This document shows, piece by piece, positions 43,770 to 59,179 of a stretch of 64,000 nucleotides of DNA (the stretch's first letter is position 1; each line of letters begins with the position of its first letter). The notes under the pieces were generated by a model. It was given only the letters and a program-made list of their open reading frames with translations, made no database searches and had not been told where the DNA came from. This DNA is from Eledone cirrhosa (Eukaryota). The DNA lies in NCBI GenBank assembly GCA_964016885.1, contig OZ024740.1, forward strand, positions 2,356,001-2,420,000, written 5' to 3'. The position numbers and the translations under genes were made by a program.

Positions 43770-46700
43770 CAATAACAAGTACCCAGTCCACACTGTAAAG
43801 TGGTCATGTAGGTGTCACAATAAAAAGTACCCAGCCCACACTGTAAAGTGGTCTTGTAGGTGTCACAATAACAAGTACCCAGTCCACACTGTAAAGTGGT
43901 CATGTAGGTGTCACAATAACAAGTACCCAGTCCACACTGTAAAGTGGTCATGTAGGTGTCACAATAAAAAGTACCCAGCCCACACTATAAAGTGGTCATG
44001 TAGGTGTCACATTAAAAAGTATCCAGTCCACACTGTAAAGTGGTCATGTAGGTGTCACAATAAAAAGTATCCAGCCCACACTATAAAGTGGTCATGTAGG
44101 TGTCACAATAAAAAGTACCCAGTCCACACTGTAAAGTGGTCATGTAGGTGTCACAATAAAAAGTATCCAGTCCACACTGTAAAGTGGTCATGTAGGTGTC
44201 ACAATAAAAAGTACCTGGTCCTCACTATAAAGTGGTCATATAGGTGTCACAAAAAAAAGTACCTGGTCCTCACTATAAAGTGGTCATGTAGGTGTCACAA
44301 TAAAAAGTATCCAGCCCACACTATAAAGTGGTCATGTAGGTGTCACAATAAAAAGTACCCAGTCCACACTGTAAAGTGGTCATGTAGGTGTCACAATAAA
44401 AGTACCCAGCCCAAACTGTAAAGTGGTCATGTAGGTGTCACAATAACAAGTACCCAGTCCACACTGTAAAGTGGTCATGTAGGTGTCACAATAGCAAGTA
44501 CCCAGTCCACACTGTAAAGTGGTCATGTAGGTGTCACAATAAAAAGTACCCAGCCCACACTATAAAGTGGTCATGTAGGTGTCACAATAACAAGTACCCA
44601 GCCCACACTATAAAGTGGTCATGTAGGTGTCACAATAACAAGTATCCAGCCCACACTGTAAAGTGGTCATGTAGGTGTCACAATAAAAAGTACCTGGTCC
44701 TCACTATAAAGTGATCATGTAGGTGTCACAATAAAAAGTATCCAGTCCACACTATAAAGTGGTCATGAAGGTTCACAATAAAAAGTACCCAGTCCACACT
44801 ATAAAGTGGTCATGTAGGTGTCACAATAAAAAGTATCCAGTCCACACTATAAAATGGTCATGAAGGTGCCACAATAAAAAGTACCCAGTCCACACTATAA
44901 AGTGGTCATGTAGGTGTCACAATAACAAGTACCCAGTCCACACTGTAAAGTGGTCATGTAGGTGTCACAATAAAAAGTACCCAGCCCATACTGTAAAGTG
45001 GTCATGTAGGTGTCACAATAACAAGTACCCAGTCCACACTGTAAAGTGGTCATGTAGGTGTCACAATAACAAGTACCCAGTCCACACTGTAAAGTGGTCA
45101 TGTAGGTGTCACAATAAAAAGAACCCAGCCCACACTATAAAGTGGTCATGTAGGTGTCACAATAACAAGTACCCAGCCCACACTATAAAGTGGTCATGTA
45201 GGTGTCACAATAACAAGTACCCAGTCCACACTGTAAAGTGGTCATGTAGGTGTCACAATAAAAAGTATCCAGCCCACACTGTAAAGTGGTCATGAAGGTG
45301 TCACAATAAAAAGTATCCAGCTCACACTATAAAGTGGTCATGTAGGTGTCACAATAAAAAGTATCCAGCCCACAATATAAAGTGGTCATGTAGGTGTCAC
45401 AATAAAAAGTACCCAGCCCACACTATAAAGTGGACATGTAGGTGTCACAATAAAAGTATCCAGCCCACACTGTAAAGTGGTCATGTAGGTGTCACAATAA
45501 AAAGTACCTGGTCCTCACTATAAAGTGGTCATGTAGGTGTCACAATAAAAAGTATCCAGCCCACACTGTAAAGTGGTCATGTAGGTGTCACAATAAAAAG
45601 TATCCAGCCCACACTGTAAAGTGGTCATGTAGGTGTCACAATAAAAATTATCCAGCCCACACTGTCAAGTGGTCATGTAGGTGTCACAATAAAAAGTATC
45701 CAGCCCACACTGTAAAGTGGTCATGAAGGTGTCACAATAAAAAGTACCTGGTCCTCACTATAAAGTGGTCATGTAGGTGTCACAATAGAAAGTATCCAGC
45801 CCACACTGTAAAGTGGTCATGTAGGTGTCACAATAAAAAGTACCCAGCCCACACTGTAAAGTGGTCATGTAGGTGTCACAATAACAAGTACCCAGTCCAC
45901 ACTGTAAAGTGGTCATGTAGGTGTCACAATAAAAAGTACCCAGCCCACACTGTAAAGTGGTCTTGTAGGTGTCACAATAACAAGTACCCAGTCCACACTG
46001 TAAAGTGGTCATGTAGGTGTCACAATAACAAGTACCCAGTCCACACTGTAAAGTGGTCATGTAGGTGTCACAATAAAAAGTACCCAGCCCACACTATAAA
46101 GTGGTCATGTAGGTGTCACATTAAAAAGTATCCAGTCCACACTGTAAAGTGGTCATGTAGGTGTCACAATAAAAAGTATCCAGCCCACACTATAAAGTGG
46201 TCATGTAGGTGTCACAATAAAAAGTACCCAGTCCACACTGTAAAGTGGTCATGTAGGTGTCACAATAAAAAGTATCCAGTCCACACTGTAAAGTGGTCAT
46301 GTAGGTGTCACAATAAAAAGTACCTGGTCCTCACTATAAAGTGGTCATGTAGGTGTCACAAAAAAAAGTACCTGGTCCTCACTATAAAGTGGTCATGTAG
46401 GTGTCACAATAAAAAGTATCCAGCCCACACTATAAAGTGGTCATGTAGGTGTCACAATAAAAAGTACCCAGTCCACACTGTAAAGTGGTCATGTAGGTGT
46501 CACAATAAAAGTACCCAGCCCAAACTGTAAAGTGGTCATGTAGGTGTCACAATAACAAGTACCCAGTCCACACTGTAAAGTGGTCATGTAGGTGTCACAA
46601 TAGCAAGTACCCAGTCCACACTGTAAAGTGGTCATGTAGGTGTCACAATAAAAAGTACCCAGCCCACACTATAAAGTGGTCATGTAGGTGTCACAATAAC

Positions 46701-47990
46701 AAGTACCCAGCCCACACTATAAAGTGGTCATGTAGGTGTCACAATAACAAGTATCCAGCCCACACTGTAAAGTGGTCATGTAGGTGTCACAATAAAAAGT
46801 ACCTGGTCCTCACTATAAAGTGATCATGTAGGTGTCACAATAAAAAGTATCCAGTCCACACTATAAAGTGGTCATGAAGGTTCACAATAAAAAGTACCCA
46901 GTCCACACTATAAAGTGGTCATGTAGGTGTCACAATAAAAAGTATCCAGTCCACACTATAAAATGGTCATGAAGGTGCCACAATAAAAAGTACCCAGTCC
47001 ACACTATAAAGTGGTCATGTAGGTGTCACAATAACAAGTACCCAGTCCACACTGTAAAGTGGTCATGTAGGTGTCACAATAAAAAGTACCCAGCCCATAC
47101 TGTAAAGTGGTCATGTAGGTGTCACAATAACAAGTACCCAGTCCACACTGTAAAGTGGTCATGTAGGTGTCACAATAACAAGTACCCAGTCCACACTGTA
47201 AAGTGGTCATGTAGGTGTCACAATAAAAAGAACCCAGCCCACACTATAAAGTGGTCATGTAGGTGTCACAATAACAAGTACCCAGCCCACACTATAAAGT
47301 GGTCATGTAGGTGTCACAATAACAAGTACCCAGTCCACACTGTAAAGTGGTCATGTAGGTGTCACAATAAAAAGTATCCAGCCCACACTGTAAAGTGGTC
47401 ATGAAGGTGTCACAATAAAAAGTATCCAGCTCACACTATAAAGTGGTCATGTAGGTGTCACAATAAAAAGTATCCAGCCCACAATATAAAGTGGTCATGT
47501 AGGTGTCACAATAAAAAGTACCCAGCCCACACTATAAAGTGGACATGTAGGTGTCACAATAAAAAAGTATCCAGCCCACACTATAAAGTGGTTATGTAGG
47601 TGTCACAATAAAAGTATCCAGCCCACACTGTAAAGTGGTCATGTAGGTGTCACAATAAAAAGTACCTGGTCCTCACTATAAAGTGGTCATGTAGGTGTCA
47701 CAATAAAAAGTATCCAGCCCACACTGTAAAGTGGTCATGTAGGTGTCACAATAAAAAGTATCCAGCCCACACTGTAAAGTGGTCATGTAGGTGTCACAAT
47801 AAAAATTATCCAGCCCACACTGTCAAGTGGTCATGTAGGTGTCACAATAAAAAGTATCCAGCCCACACTGTAAAGTGGTCATGAAGGTGTCACAATAAAA
47901 AGTACCTGGTCCTCACTATAAAGTGGTCATGTAGGTGTCACAATAGAAAGTATCCAGCCCACACTGTAAAGTGTTCATGTAGGTGTCACA
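43770..47990. repeat. Tandem duplication with 2109-bp (44 monomer) offset
   Basis: ORFs 44895/47004 and ORF ends 43951/46060 are offset by 2109 = 44x48-3. Shared variants include GTCTTGTAG, CACATTAAA, CCAAACTG, ATAGCAAG and AAGAACCC. Confidence 0.9.
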
Positions 47991-50900
47991 ATAAAAAGTA
48001 CCCAGCCCACACTGTAAAGTGGTCATGTAGGTGTCACAATAAAAAGTACTTGGTCCTCACTATAAAGTGGTCATGTAGGTGTCACAATAAAAAGTACCTG
48101 GTCCTCACTATAAACTGGTCATGTAGGTGTCACAATAAAAAGTATCAAGCCCACACTATAAAGTGGTCATGTAGGTGTCGCAATAAAAAGTACACAGTCC
48201 ACACTGTAAAGTGGTCATGTAGGTGTCACAATAAAAACTATCCAGTCCACACTGTAAAGTGGTCATGTAGGTGTCACAATAAAAAGTACCCAGCCCACAC
48301 TGTATAGTGGTCATGTAGGTGTCACGATAAAAAGTACCTGGTCCTCACTATAAAGTGGTCATGTAGGTGTCACAATAAAAAGTACCTGGTCCTCACTATA
48401 AAGTGGTCATGTAGGTGTCACAATAAAAAGTATACAGTCCACACTGTAAAGTGGTCATGTAGGTGTCACAATAAAAAGTACCCAGCCCACCCTGTAAAGT
48501 GGTCATGTAGGTGTCAAAATAAAAAGTACCTGGTCCTCACTATAAAGTGGTTATGTAGGTGTCACAATAAAAAGTACCTGGTCCTCACTATAAAGTGGTC
48601 ATGTAGGTGTCACAATAAAAAGTATCCAGCCCACACTATAAAGTGGTTATGTAGGTGTCACAATAAAAAGTACCCAGTCCACACTGTAAAGTGGTCATGT
48701 AGGTGTCACAATATAAAGTATCCAGTCCACACTGTAAAGTGGTCATGTAGGTGTCACAATAAAAAGTACCCAGTCAACACTGTAAAGTGGTCATGTAGGT
48801 GTCACAATAACAAGTATCCAGTCCACACGGTAAAGTGATCATGTAGGTGTCACAATAAAAAGTATCCAGTCCACACTATAAAGTGGTCATGAAGGTGTCA
48901 CAATAAAAAGTACCCAGCCCACACTATAAAGTGGTCATGTAGGTGTCACAATAAAAAGTATCCAGCCCACACTGTAAAGTGGTCATGTAGGTGTCACAAT
49001 AAAAAGTACCTGGTCCTCACTATAAAGTGGTCATGTAGGTGTCACAATAAAAAGTACCCAAGCCACACTGTAAAGTGGTCATGTAGGTGTCACAATAACA
49101 AGTATCCAGTCCACACGGTAAAGTGATCATGTAGGTGTCACAATAAAAAGTATCCAGTCCACACTATAAAGTGGTCATGAAGGTGTCACAATAAAAAGTA
49201 CGCAGTCCACACTATAAAGTGGTCATGTAGGTGTCACAATAAAAAGTATCCAGTCCACACAATAAAATGGTCATGAAGGTGTCACAATAAAAAGTACCAA
49301 GTCCACACTATAAAGTGGTCATGTAGGTGTCACAATAACAAGTACCCAGTCCACACTGTAAAGTGGTCATGTAGTTGTCACAATAAAAAGTACCCAGCCC
49401 ACACTGTAAAGTGGTCATGTAGGTGTCACAATAACAAGTACCCAGTCCACACTGTAAAGTGGTCATGTAGGTGTCACAATAACAAGTACCCACTCCACAC
49501 TGTAAAGTGGTCATGTAGGTGTCACAATAAAAAGTACCCAGCCCACACTATAAAGTGGTCATGTAGGTGTCACAATAACAAGTACCCAGCCCACACTATA
49601 AAGTGGTCATGTAGGTGTCACAATAACAAGTACCCAGTCCACACTGTAAAGTGGTCATGTAGGTGTCACAATAAAAAGTACCCAGCCCACACTATAAAGT
49701 GGTCATGTAGGTGTCACAATAAAAAGTACCCAGTCCACACTGTAAAGTGGTCATGTAGGTGTCACAATAAAAAGTATCCAGTCCACACTGTAAAGTGGTC
49801 ATGTAGGTGTCACAATAAAAAGTACCTGGTCCTCACTATAAAGTGGTCATGTAGGTGTCACAAAAAAAAGTACCTGGTCCTCACTATAAAGTGGTCATGT
49901 AGGTGTCACAATAAAAAGTATCCAGCCCACACTATAAAGTGGTCATGTAGGTGTCACAATAAAAAGTACCCAGTCCACACTGTAAAGTGGTCATGTAGGT
50001 GTCACAATAAAAGTACCCAGCCCAAACTGTAAAGTGGTCATGTAGGTGTCACAATAACAAGTACCCAGTCCACACTGTAAAGTGGTCATGTAGGTGTCAC
50101 AATAGCAAGTACCCAGTCCACACTGTAAAGTGGTCATGTAGGTGTCACAATAAAAAGTACCCAGCCCACACTATAAAGTGGTCATGTAGGTGTCACAATA
50201 ACAAGTACCCAGCCCACACTATAAAGTGGTCATGTAGGTGTCACAATAACAAGTATCCAGCCCACACTGTAAAGTGGTCATGTAGGTGTCACAATAAAAA
50301 GTACCTGGTCCTCACTATAAAGTGATCATGTAGGTGTCACAATAAAAAGTATCCAGTCCACACTATAAAGTGGTCATGAAGGTTCACAATAAAAAGTACC
50401 CAGTCCACACTATAAAGTGGTCATGTAGGTGTCACAATAAAAAGTATCCAGTCCACACTATAAAATGGTCATGAAGGTGCCACAATAAAAAGTACCCAGT
50501 CCACACTATAAAGTGGTCATGTAGGTGTCACAATAACAAGTACCCAGTCCACACTGTAAAGTGGTCATGTAGGTGTCACAATAAAAAGTACCCAGCCCAT
50601 ACTGTAAAGTGGTCATGTAGGTGTCACAATAACAAGTACCCAGTCCACACTGTAAAGTGGTCATGTAGGTGTCACAATAACAAGTACCCAGTCCACACTG
50701 TAAAGTGGTCATGTAGGTGTCACAATAAAAAGAACCCAGCCCACACTATAAAGTGGTCATGTAGGTGTCACAATAACAAGTACCCAGCCCACACTATAAA
50801 GTGGTCATGTAGGTGTCACAATAACAAGTACCCAGTCCACACTGTAAAGTGGTCATGTAGGTGTCACAATAAAAAGTATCCAGCCCACACTGTAAAGTGG

Positions 50901-53240
50901 TCATGAAGGTGTCACAATAAAAAGTATCCAGCTCACACTATAAAGTGGTCATGTAGGTGTCACAATAAAAAGTATCCAGCCCACAATATAAAGTGGTCAT
51001 GTAGGTGTCACAATAAAAAGTACCCAGCCCACACTATAAAGTGGACATGTAGGTGTCACAATAAAAAAGTATCCAGCCCACACTATAAAGTGGTTATGTA
51101 GGTGTCACAATAAAAGTATCCAGCCCACACTGTAAAGTGGTCATGTAGGTGTCACAATAAAAAGTACCTGGTCCTCACTATAAAGTGGTCATGTAGGTGT
51201 CACAATAAAAAGTATCCAGCCCACACTGTAAAGTGGTCATGTAGGTGTCACAATAAAAAGTATCCAGCCCACACTGTAAAGTGGTCATGTAGGTGTCACA
51301 ATAAAAATTATCCAGCCCACACTGTCAAGTGGTCATGTAGGTGTCACAATAAAAAGTATCCAGCCCACACTGTAAAGTGGTCATGAAGGTGTCACAATAA
51401 AAAGTACCTGGTCCTCACTATAAAGTGGTCATGTAGGTGTCACAATAGAAAGTATCCAGCCCACACTGTAAAGTGTTCATGTAGGTGTCACAATAAAAAG
51501 TACCCAGCCCACACTGTAAAGTGGTCATGTAGGTGTCACAATAAAAAGTACTTGGTCCTCACTATAAAGTGGTCATGTAGGTGTCACAATAAAAAGTACC
51601 TGGTCCTCACTATAAACTGGTCATGTAGGTGTCACAATAAAAAGTATCAAGCCCACACTATAAAGTGGTCATGTAGGTGTCGCAATAAAAAGTACACAGT
51701 CCACACTGTAAAGTGGTCATGTAGGTGTCACAATAAAAACTATCCAGTCCACACTGTAAAGTGGTCATGTAGGTGTCACAATAAAAAGTACCCAGCCCAC
51801 ACTGTATAGTGGTCATGTAGGTGTCACGATAAAAAGTACCTGGTCCTCACTATAAAGTGGTCATGTAGGTGTCACAATAAAAAGTACCTGGTCCTCACTA
51901 TAAAGTGGTCATGTAGGTGTCACAATAAAAAGTATACAGTCCACACTGTAAAGTGGTCATGTAGGTGTCACAATAAAAAGTACCCAGCCCACCCTGTAAA
52001 GTGGTCATGTAGGTGTCAAAATAAAAAGTACCTGGTCCTCACTATAAAGTGGTTATGTAGGTGTCACAATAAAAAGTACCTGGTCCTCACTATAAAGTGG
52101 TCATGTAGGTGTCACAATAAAAAGTATCCAGCCCACACTATAAAGTGGTTATGTAGGTGTCACAATAAAAAGTACCCAGTCCACACTGTAAAGTGGTCAT
52201 GTAGGTGTCACAATATAAAGTATCCAGTCCACACTGTAAAGTGGTCATGTAGGTGTCACAATAAAAAGTACCCAGTCAACACTGTAAAGTGGTCATGTAG
52301 GTGTCACAATAACAAGTATCCAGTCCACACGGTAAAGTGATCATGTAGGTGTCACAATAAAAAGTATCCAGTCCACACTATAAAGTGGTCATGAAGGTGT
52401 CACAATAAAAAGTACCCAGCCCACACTATAAAGTGGTCATGTAGGTGTCACAATAAAAAGTATCCAGCCCACACTGTAAAGTGGTCATGTAGGTGTCACA
52501 ATAAAAAGTACCTGGTCCTCACTATAAAGTGGTCATGTAGGTGTCACAATAAAAAGTACCCAAGCCACACTGTAAAGTGGTCATGTAGGTGTCACAATAA
52601 CAAGTATCCAGTCCACACGGTAAAGTGATCATGTAGGTGTCACAATAAAAAGTATCCAGTCCACACTATAAAGTGGTCATGAAGGTGTCACAATAAAAAG
52701 TACGCAGTCCACACTATAAAGTGGTCATGTAGGTGTCACAATAAAAAGTATCCAGTCCACACAATAAAATGGTCATGAAGGTGTCACAATAAAAAGTACC
52801 AAGTCCACACTATAAAGTGGTCATGTAGGTGTCACAATAACAAGTACCCAGTCCACACTGTAAAGTGGTCATGTAGTTGTCACAATAAAAAGTACCCAGC
52901 CCACACTGTAAAGTGGTCATGTAGGTGTCACAATAACAAGTACCCAGTCCACACTGTAAAGTGGTCATGTAGGTGTCACAATAACAAGTACCCACTCCAC
53001 ACTGTAAAGTGGTCATGTAGGTGTCACAATAAAAAGTACCCAGCCCACACTATAAAGTGGTCATGTAGGTGTCACAATAACAAGTACCCAGCCCACACTA
53101 TAAAGTGGTCATGTAGGTGTCACAATAACAAGTACCCAGTCCACACTGTAAAGTGGTCATGTAGGTGTCACAATAAAAAGTACCCAGCCCACACTATAAA
53201 GTGGTCATGTAGGTGTCACAATAAAAAGTACCCAGTCCAC
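46200..53240. repeat. Tandem duplication with 3502-bp (73 monomer) offset
   Basis: ORF pairs 47004/50506, 48050/51552 and 49308/52810 are all offset by 3502 = 73x48-2. Confidence 0.93.
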
Positions 53241-56200
53241 ACTGTAAAGTGTGGTCATGTAGGTGTCACAATAAAAAGTACCCAGTCCACACTGTAAAGT
53301 GGTCATGTAGGTGTCACAATAATAAGTACCCAGTCCACACTATAAAGTGGTCATGTAGGTGTCACAATAAAAAGTACCCAGTCCACACTGTAAAGTGGTC
53401 ATGTAGGTGTCACAATAACAAGTACCCAGTCCACACTGTAAAGTGGTCATGTAGGTGTCACAATAACAAGTACCCAGTCCACACTGTAAAGTGGTCATGT
53501 AGGTGTCACAATAAAAAGTACCCAGCCCACACTATAAAGTGGTCATGTAGGTGTCACAATAAAAAGTATCCAGTCCACACTGTAAAGTGGTCATGTAGGT
53601 GTCACAATAAAAAGTATCCAGTCCACACTGTAAAGTGGTCATGTAGGTGTCACAATAAAAAGTACCCAGTCCACACTGTAAAGTGGTCATGTAGGTGTCA
53701 CAATAAAAAGTACCTGGTCCTCACTATAAAGTGGTCATGTAGGTGTCACAAAAAAAAGTACCTGGTCCTCACTATAAAGTGGTCATGTAGGTGTCACAAT
53801 AAAAAGTATCCAGCCCACACTATAAAGTGGTCATGTAGGTGTCACAATAAAAAGTACCCAGTCCACACTGTAAAGTGGTCATGTAGGTGTCACGATAAAA
53901 AGTATCCAGTCCACACTGTAAAGTGGTCATGTAGGTGTCACAATAAAAAGTATCCAGTCCACACTGTAAAGTGGTCATGTAGGTGTCACAATAAAAAGTA
54001 CCCAGTCCACACTGTAAAGTGGTCATGTAGGTGTCACAATAAAAAGTACCCAGTCCTCACTATAAAGTGGTCATGAAGGTGTCACAATAAAAAGTACCCA
54101 GTCCACACTATAAAGTGGTCATGAAGGTGACACAATAAAATTACCCAGTCCACACTGTAAAGTGGTCATGTAGGTGTCACAATAAAAAGTACCTGGTCCT
54201 CACTATAAAGTGGTCATGTAGGTGTCACAATAAAAAGTACCCAGTCCACACTGTAAAGTGGTCATGTAGGTGTCACAATAACAATTTTTCAGTCCACACG
54301 GTAAAGTGATCATGTAGGTGTCACAATAACAAGTATCCAGCCCACACTGTAAAGTGGTCATGTAGGTGTCACAATAAAAAGTACCTGGTCCTCACTATAA
54401 AGTGGTCATGTAGGTCTCACAATAAAAAGTACCCAGTCCACACTGTAAAGTGGTCATGTAGGTGTCACAATAACAAGTATCCAGTCCACACGGTAAAGTG
54501 ATCATGTAGGTGTCACAATAAAAAGTATCCAGACCACACTATAAAGTGGTCATGAAGGTTCACAATAAAAAGTACCCAGTCCACACTATAAAGTGGTCAT
54601 GTAGGTGTCACAATAAAAAGTATCCAGTCCACACTATAAAGTGGTCATGAAGGTGCCACAATAAAAAGTACCCAGTCCACACTATAAAGTGGTCATGTAG
54701 GTGTCACAATAACAAGTACCCAGTCCACACTGTAAAGTGGTCATGTAGGTGTCACAATAAAAAGTATCCAGTCCACACTATAAAGTGGTCATGAAGGTTC
54801 ACAATAAAAAGTACCTGGTCCACACTATAAAGTGGTCATGTAGGTGTCACAATAAAAATTATCCAGTCCACACTATAAAGTGGTCATGAAGGTGTCACAA
54901 TAAAAAGTACCCAGTCCACACTATAAAGTGGTCATGTAGGTGTCACAATAACAAGTACCCAGTCCACACTGTAAAGTGGTCATGTAGGTGTCACAATAAA
55001 AAGTACCCAGCCCACACTGTAAAGTGGTCTTGTAGGTGTCACAATAACAAGTACCCAGTCCACACTGTAAAGTGGTCATGTAGGTGTCACAATAACAAGT
55101 ACCCAGTCCACACTGTAAAGTGGTCATGTAGGTGTCACAATAAAAAGTACCCAGCCCACACTGTAAAGTGGTCATGTAGGTGTCACAATAAAAAGTACTT
55201 GGTCCTCACTATAAAGTGGTCATGTAGGTGTCACAATAAAAAGTACCTGGTCCTCACTATAAACTGGTCATGTAGGTGTCACAATAAAAAGTATCCAGCC
55301 CACACTATAAAGTGGTCATGTAGGTGTCGCAATAAAAAGTACACAGTCCACACTGTAAAGTGGTCATGTAGGTGTCACAATAAAAACTATCCAGTCCACA
55401 CTGTAAAGTGGTCATGTAGGTGTCACAATAAAAAGTACCCAGCCCACACTGTATAGTGGTCATGTAGGTGTCACGATAAAAAGTACCTGGTCCTCACTAT
55501 AAAGTGGTCATGTAGGTGTCACAATAAAAAGTACCTGGTCCTCACTATAAAGTGGTCATGTAGGTGTCACAATAAAAAGTATACAGTCCACACTGTAAAG
55601 TGGTCATGTAGGTGTCACAATAAAAAGTACCCAGCCCACCCTGTAAAGTGGTCATGTAGGTGTCAAAATAAAAAGTACCTGGTCCTCACTATAAAGTGGT
55701 TATGTAGGTGTCACAATAAAAAGTACCTGGTCCTCACTATAAAGTGGTCATGTAGGTGTCACAATAAAAAGTATCCAGCCCACACTATAAAGTGGTTATG
55801 TAGGTGTCACAATAAAAAGTACCCAGTCCACACTGTAAAGTGGTCATGTAGGTGTCACAATATAAAGTATCCAGTCCACACTGTAAAGTGGTCATGTAGG
55901 TGTCACAATAAAAAGTACCCAGTCAACACTGTAAAGTGGTCATGTAGGTGTCACAATAACAAGTATCCAGTCCACACGGTAAAGTGATCATGTAGGTGTC
56001 ACAATAAAAAGTATCCAGTCCACACTATAAAGTGGTCATGAAGGTGTCACAATAAAAAGTACCCAGCCCACACTATAAAGTGGTCATGTAGGTGTCACAA
56101 TAAAAAGTATCCAGCCCACACTGTAAAGTGGTCATGTAGGTGTCACAATAAAAAGTACCTGGTCCTCACTATAAAGTGGTCATGTAGGTGTCACAATAAA

Positions 56201-58400
56201 AAGTACCCAAGCCACACTGTAAAGTGGTCATGTAGGTGTCACAATAACAAGTATCCAGTCCACACGGTAAAGTGATCATGTAGGTGTCACAATAAAAAGT
56301 ATCCAGTCCACACTATAAAGTGGTCATGAAGGTGTCACAATAAAAAGTACGCAGTCCACACTATAAAGTGGTCATGTAGGTGTCACAATAAAAAGTATCC
56401 AGTCCACACAATAAAATGGTCATGAAGGTGTCACAATCAAAAGTACCAAGTCCACACTATAAAGTGGTCATGTAGGTGTCACAATAACAAGTACCCAGTC
56501 CACACTGTAAAGTGGTCATGTAGTTGTCACAATAAAAAGTACCCAGCCCACACTGTAAAGTGGTCATGTAGGTGTCACAATAACAAGTACCCAGTCCACA
56601 CTGTAAAGTGGTCATGTAGGTGTCACAATAACAAGTACCCACTCCACACTGTAAAGTGGTCATGTAGGTGTCACAATAAAAAGTACCCAGCCCACACTAT
56701 AAAGTGGTCATGTAGGTGTCACGATAACAAGTACCCAGCCCACACTATAAAGTGGTCATGTAGGTGTCACAATAACAAGTACCCAGTCCACACTGTAAAG
56801 TGGTCATGTAGGTGTCACAATAAAAAGTACCCAGCCCACACTATAAAGTGGTCATGTAGGTGTCACAATAAAAAGTACCCAGTCCACACTGTAAAGTGTG
56901 GTCATGTAGGTGTCACAATAAAAAGTACCCAGTCCACACTGTAAAGTGGTCATGTAGGTGTCACAATAATAAGTACCCAGTCCACACTATAAAGTGGTCA
57001 TGTAGGTGTCACAATAAAAAGTACCCAGTCCACACTGTAAAGTGGTCATGTAGGTGTCACAATAACAAGTACCCAGTCCACACTGTAAAGTGGTCATGTA
57101 GGTGTCACAATAACAAGTACCCAGTCCACACTGTAAAGTGGTCATGTAGGTGTCACAATAAAAAGTACCCAGCCCACACTATAAAGTGGTCATGTAGGTG
57201 TCACAATAAAAAGTATCCAGTCCACACTGTAAAGTGGTCATGTAGGTGTCACAATAAAAAGTATCCAGCCCACACTATAAAGTGGTCATGTAGGTGTCAC
57301 AATAAAAAGTACCCAGTCCACACTGTAAAGTGGTCATGTAGGTGTCACAATAAAAAGTATCCAGTCCACACTGTAAAGTGGTCATGTAGGTGTCACAATA
57401 AAAAGTACCTGGTCCTCACTATAAAGTGGTCATGTAGGTGTCACAAAAAAAAGTACCTGGTCCTCACTATAAAGTGGTCATGTAGGTGTCACAATAAAAA
57501 GTATCCAGCCCACACTATAAAGTGGTCATGTAGGTGTCACAATAAAAAGTACCCAGTCCACACTGTAAAGTGGTCATGTAGGTGTCACGATAAAAAGTAT
57601 CCAGTCCACACTGTAAAGTGGTCATGTAGGTGTCACAATAAAAAGTATCCAGTCCACACTGTAAAGTGGTCATGTAGGTGTCACAATAAAAAGTACCCAG
57701 TCCTCACTATAAAGTGGTCATGAAGGTGTCACAATAAAAAGTACCCAGTCCACACTATAAAGTGGTCATGAAGGTGACACAATAAAATTACCCAGTCCAC
57801 ACTGTAAAGTGGTCATGTAGGTGTCACAATAAAAAGTACCTGGTCCTCACTATAAAGTGGTCATGCAGGTGTCACAATAAAAAGTACCCAGTCCACACTG
57901 TAAAGTGGTCATGTAGGTGTCACAATAACAATTTTTCAGTCCACACGGTAAAGTGATCATGTAGGTGTCACAATAACAAGTATCCAGCCCACACTGTAAA
58001 GTGGTCATGTAGGTGTCACAATAAAAAGTACCTGGTCCTCACTATAAAGTGGTCATGTAGGTCTCACAATAAAAAGTACCCAGTCCACACTGTAAAGTGG
58101 TCATGTAGGTGTCACAATAACAAGTATCCAGTCCACACGGTAAAGTGATCATGTAGGTGTCACAATAAAAAGTATCCAGTCCACACTATAAAGTGGTCAT
58201 GAAGGTTCACAATAAAAAGTACCCAGTCCACACTATAAAGTGGTCATGTAGGTGTCACAATAAAAAGTATCCAGTCCACACTATAAAGTGGTCATGAAGG
58301 TGCCACAATAAAAAGTACCCAGTCCACACTATAAAGTGGTCATGTAGGTGTCACAATAACAAGTACCCAGTCCACACTGTAAAGTGGTCATGTAGGCGTC
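51500..58400. repeat. Duplication with 3647-bp (76 monomer) offset, overlapping the 3502-bp duplication
   Basis: ORF pairs 51552/55199, 52810/56457 and 53249/56896 are offset by 3647 = 76x48-1. Confidence 0.9.
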
Positions 58401-59179
58401 ACAATAAAAAGTATCCAGTCCACACTCTAAAGTGGTCATGAAGGTGTCACAATAAAAAGTACCCAGTCCACACTATAAAGTGGTCATGTAGGTGTCACAA
58501 TAACAAGTACCCAGTCCACACTGTAAAGTGGTCATGTAGGTGTCACAATAAAAAGTACCCAGCCCACACTGTAAAGTGGTCATGTAGGTGTCACAACAAC
58601 AAGTACCCAGTCCACACTGTAAAGTGGTCATGTAGGTGTCACAATAACAAGTACCCAGTCCACACTGTAAAGTGGTCATGTAGGTGTCACAATAAAAAGT
58701 ACCCAGCCCACACTATAAAGTGGTCATGTAGGTGTCACAATAAAAAGTATCCAGTCCACACTGTAAAGTGGTCATGTAGGTGTCACAATAAAAAGTATCC
58801 AGCCCACACTATAAAGTGGTCATGTAGGTGTCACAATAAAAGGTACCCAGACCACACTGTAAAGTGGTCATGTAGGTGTCACAATAAAAAGTATCCAGTC
58901 CACACTGTAAAGTGGTCATGTAGGTGTCACAATAAAAATTACCTGGTCCTCACTATAAAGTGGTCATGTAGGTGTCACAAAAAAAAGTACCTGGTCCTCA
59001 CTATGAAGTGGTCATGTAGGTGTCACAATAAAAAGTATCCAGCCCACACTATAAAGTGGTCATGTAGGTGTCACAATAAAAAGTACCCAGTCCACACTGT
59101 AAAGTGGTCATGTAGGTGTCACGATAAAAAAGTATCCAGTCCACACTGTAAAGTGGTCATGTAGGTGTCACAATAAAAA

